From IMG/VR virus record IMGVR_UViG_3300037851_000121, positions 1 to 27,428 of that record: 27,428 nucleotides of DNA, one strand, 5' to 3'. The notes under the pieces were generated by a model. That model did not search any database, was not told the DNA's origin, and was given only the letters and a program-made list of their open reading frames with translations. A program made the position numbers and the translations under genes. The stretch is from a virus. Taxonomy: Duplodnaviria; Caudoviricetes. Shown piece after piece: positions 25,163-27,428 of this stretch (positions are counted from its first letter, which is position 1; every line of letters starts with the position of its first letter).

Positions 25163-26188
25163 ATGCGCGTTCTCTCTCTGTTCTCCGGCATAGGCGGCTT
25201 CGACCTTGGCCTGGAGTGGGCCGGGATGGAGACGGTCGGTCAGTGCGAGATCGACCCCGCGTGCCGGTTCTGGTTGGAGCAGCACTGGCCGGAGTTGCCG
25301 CGTTGGGGCGACATCCGCGAGGTGACGGGCGATGCGGTTAAGGCAGCGTGCGGCGCAGTTGACGTTGTTGCCGGAGGCCCGCCCTGTCAGCCGGCCAGTG
25401 TGGCAGGACGACGGCAGGGAAGTGCTGACGTGCGATGGCTCTGGCCTGAGTTTCTCCGCGTGTGCCGCGAGGTTGGTCCCCGCTGGGTCGTGGCAGAGAA
25501 CCCTCTCGGCCTCGCTAGCCTCGAGCCTCACGGGCTTGATTGGGTGTGCTGTGAGCTTGAGGGTGCGGGCTACGAAGTCTGGCCGGTCGTTGTTGGCGCC
25601 CGACATGTCGGGGCTCCGCACCGGCGGGACCGGATCTGGCTCGTGGCCCACCGTTCACGGGATGGACAACGAGGGCAACCCGCGCAGGAACGGGCCGACC
25701 GGGAACGAGTTGGGGCGGGCGGTAACGCGGCACGACTGGCGATCCCCAACGCGGGAGGAAGCGGGTCCGCGAATCGAGACGCTTGCGACGAAGGACGGCA
25801 AACTTCGACTTGGCGAGCGTCTATACCGCAGTGGCGGAGTTCATCAGTCGGTGACGCTAGGGCTTCAGGTGGAGATAGCAAATCGTATTTGGGCGACGCC
25901 GAACACGATGGACGGCGGTCAGACGAGCCGGGGCGAGAAGCGGAAGGGCGAACTGCTGCTTGGGGGGCAGGTGCGGCAGTGGCCTACGGCGACGGGCGAG
26001 GACAGTCGGGCGAGCGGCTCACTCAACCCCGCCTGGGTGTCTCAGTTGATGGGCTTCCCGACTGGGTGGCTGGCCGCATCACCTCCCGTCACCGGAGGGA
26101 AGCGTTGAAGGCGCTGGGCAACTCCGTCGTCCCGCAGTGCGCGGCGGCGGTCGGGAAAGCGATCCTCGACGCGGAGGGGCTAGATTGA
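25163..26188 (+). CDS. DNA cytosine-C5 methyltransferase, large (alpha) chain
   Basis: Motif I LFSGIGG, IV GGPPCQ, VI AENP, VIII HRRDRIW, X ALGNSVVP; motif IX absent from this frame. Confidence 0.92.
   Translation: MRVLSLFSGIGGFDLGLEWAGMETVGQCEIDPACRFWLEQHWPELPRWGDIREVTGDAVKAACGAVDVVAGGPPCQPASVAGRRQGSADVRWLWPEFLRVCREVGPRWVVAENPLGLASLEPHGLDWVCCELEGAGYEVWPVVVGARHVGAPHRRDRIWLVAHRSRDGQRGQPAQERADRERVGAGGNAARLAIPNAGGSGSANRDACDEGRQTSTWRASIPQWRSSSVGDARASGGDSKSYLGDAEHDGRRSDEPGREAEGRTAAWGAGAAVAYGDGRGQSGERLTQPRLGVSVDGLPDWVAGRITSRHRREALKALGNSVVPQCAAAVGKAILDAEGLD
25332..26108 (+). CDS. Nested +1-frame small (beta) chain of the C5 methyltransferase (start uncertain)
   Basis: WPTV/WRSPT/WATPN/WPTAT repeats and motif IX-like LNPAWVSQLMGFPTGW. 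Confidence 0.75.
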   Translation: MRLRQRAAQLTLLPEARPVSRPVWQDDGREVLTCDGSGLSFSACAARLVPAGSWQRTLSASLASSLTGLIGCAVSLRVRATKSGRSLLAPDMSGLRTGGTGSGSWPTVHGMDNEGNPRRNGPTGNELGRAVTRHDWRSPTREEAGPRIETLATKDGKLRLGERLYRSGGVHQSVTLGLQVEIANRIWATPNTMDGGQTSRGEKRKGELLLGGQVRQWPTATGEDSRASGSLNPAWVSQLMGFPTGWLAASPPVTGGKR

Positions 26189-26499
26189 GTTCTCACTACC
26201 GGACGGCCCAACACCTGCCGTTGTTCGCTACAGCCCCGGAAACGGCGCCCTGCGAAGCGACAGGGGCATCTAGGCGTGAATTCCTGCCGTCTGTAGCCAA
26301 GGAATCGGCCAAGCGTGACGGGAAGCGTGTCAAGATCCTAGACAGGCTGAGGATGGGGCCGGCGCGGACCATTGATCTCATGGTGATCGGGGGGTCTGGT
26401 TTCAGCAGCCGTTTGCGGGAGTTGCGTGACGAGGGGTACCGGATCGAGTGCGAGCAGGACGACCAGGGGGGCTTGTACACGCTGAGGGGGGAGCCGTGA
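26185..26499 (+). CDS. Winged helix-turn-helix protein
   Basis: TTGA overlap; KILDRLRMGP..TIDL....SSRLRELRDEGYRIE. Confidence 0.75.
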   Translation: MSSHYRTAQHLPLFATAPETAPCEATGASRREFLPSVAKESAKRDGKRVKILDRLRMGPARTIDLMVIGGSGFSSRLRELRDEGYRIECEQDDQGGLYTLRGEP

Positions 26500-26708
26500 T
26501 CTGGCTGGTACTGGTGATTTTTGCGGCGGTGCTCGGGTTCTTCATCGGATGGAATGAGTCGGCGCGGGCTCATCGTGGTGCCGTCAAGTTGTTGAAGGAC
26601 GAGCTACGAAGGGTCTATCTGGAGAAGTCGTTGGAGCGGTCGGCGAGTATGGCCGCTGTGCTGCGGGCGTACCAGCATACGAGGGAACCCCTTGACCCTG
26701 TGGGCTAG
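26496..26708 (+). CDS. N-terminally anchored membrane protein
   Basis: GTGA overlap; MIWLVLVIFAAVLGFFIGW followed by a coiled coil. Confidence 0.65.
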   Translation: MIWLVLVIFAAVLGFFIGWNESARAHRGAVKLLKDELRRVYLEKSLERSASMAAVLRAYQHTREPLDPVG

Positions 26709-26984
26709 ATGGTTGGAGGGGAGCGAGTAGTGAGAAGCGAAGATCGAGTCACCTACGCGACCGCCGTCTGGAGCAGCTTCCAAGCGAAGGCCAAGACCAA
26801 GCGAGACATGTCATCCGCCGAATACCACTACGTCAGCAAGTGGATGGATCGGAACATTCCATTGCCTGTGGTTCTGAGGGCGATCCACGAGTTCAACGGC
26901 ACTCCGAGACGGCTCGAAGCGTGCGTGGACGGGGTAGACCGGGCGTATGCCTACTGGTTTCAGGCAATGGGCGGTGTGCCGTGA
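26709..26984 (+). CDS. DnaD-like domain protein (alternative GTG start ~26730)
   Basis: MSSAEY.YV.KW....IPLPVVLRAI.E pattern. Confidence 0.5.
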   Translation: MVGGERVVRSEDRVTYATAVWSSFQAKAKTKRDMSSAEYHYVSKWMDRNIPLPVVLRAIHEFNGTPRRLEACVDGVDRAYAYWFQAMGGVP

Positions 26985-27072
26985 GTAGTCTGGACGTGAA
27001 CGCGGACAAGTACCCGGTGAGGGCATTCCCTGCCGCTCCCCGCGAGTGGGTGGGAGCCGGCGAGGGGGAGTA

Positions 27073-27294
27073 ATGGCGACGTGCGAGAAGTGCTGGCGCG
27101 ACAGCGCACACGAGAGATACCTAGGAGATCACAGGGCTTATGTGAGGCTTGTCCGGCAGCGGGGCGCTGAGCATAAGTGTACCCAAGAGGAGCAAGCTGG
27201 CCCAGGTGCCGGCGAGTGTGGCAAGTGCGGACGGCGTGCGGTTCACCAGTACGTCAAGGTCTGTATGTGGTGCGGAGCCAGCGAGGGGGAGTAG
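27073..27294 (+). CDS. Small Cys-rich zinc-binding protein
   Basis: TAATG overlap; CEKC, CGKC, CMWC. Confidence 0.65.
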   Translation: MATCEKCWRDSAHERYLGDHRAYVRLVRQRGAEHKCTQEEQAGPGAGECGKCGRRAVHQYVKVCMWCGASEGE

Positions 27295-27310
27295 ATGAGG
27301 GGGGTAACGG

Positions 27311-27428
27311 ATGTGGACTCAGGTTGGTAGCTGTCCGAAGTGCGGAGCGCCGATCTACGCGCCTACGGTGTGGAATGGAACCACCCCGCCGCCGGTGACG
27401 TATACATGCGCCTGCAACATGGGTGCGC
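27311..27428 (+). CDS. Small Zn-ribbon protein, 3'-truncated by window edge
   Basis: GAGGGGG RBS; MWTQVGSCPKCGAPIY...YTCAC. Confidence 0.55.
   Translation, partial: MWTQVGSCPKCGAPIYAPTVWNGTTPPPVTYTCACNMGA

Noticed and set aside
23839-25651. Long poly-Arg, poly-Pro/Thr and poly-Gly/Val ORFs in other frames and strands
   Set aside because: Shadows of the GCC triplet repeat; only the Ala frame has a recognisable protein context and RBS
1-27428. CRISPR array, tRNA genes, diversity-generating retroelement, integrase/att
   Set aside because: No regularly spaced repeats, cloverleaf with T-loop, reverse transcriptase, TR/VR pair or recombinase motifs were seen in the window

Overview
High-GC, almost entirely plus-strand segment of a P22-like podovirus (phage or prophage; no integrase, terminase or lysis genes recognised in the window). 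From left to right: (i) a four-enzyme modification cassette (class I methyltransferase fragment, GT-A glycosyltransferase, B12-binding radical SAM, twitch/SPASM radical SAM) overlapping-coupled into the portal gene; (ii) head genes (portal, scaffold, structured leader, coat, three Ser/Thr-rich accessory proteins); (iii) tail and ejection genes (gp4-like, a gp10-like nozzle split in two by nested Ig-like insertions, needle-position gene, GNAT, an apparently split gp7-like gene, gp20/gp16-position genes, tailspike-like protein); (iv) a ~700 bp hairpin-rich intergenic region with two sigma70-like promoters; (v) an early/replication region of small ORFs including an SSB-like protein, a NinB-like protein, an Ala/Tyr/Asp triplet-repeat protein and a C5 DNA methyltransferase whose motif IX lies in an overlapping +1 frame. 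The most novel-looking items are the glyco/radical-SAM cassette in the head module and the split gp10, where the first strand of a PKD domain appears to sit on a different polypeptide from the rest. All family calls come from motif recognition by eye, not database searches.
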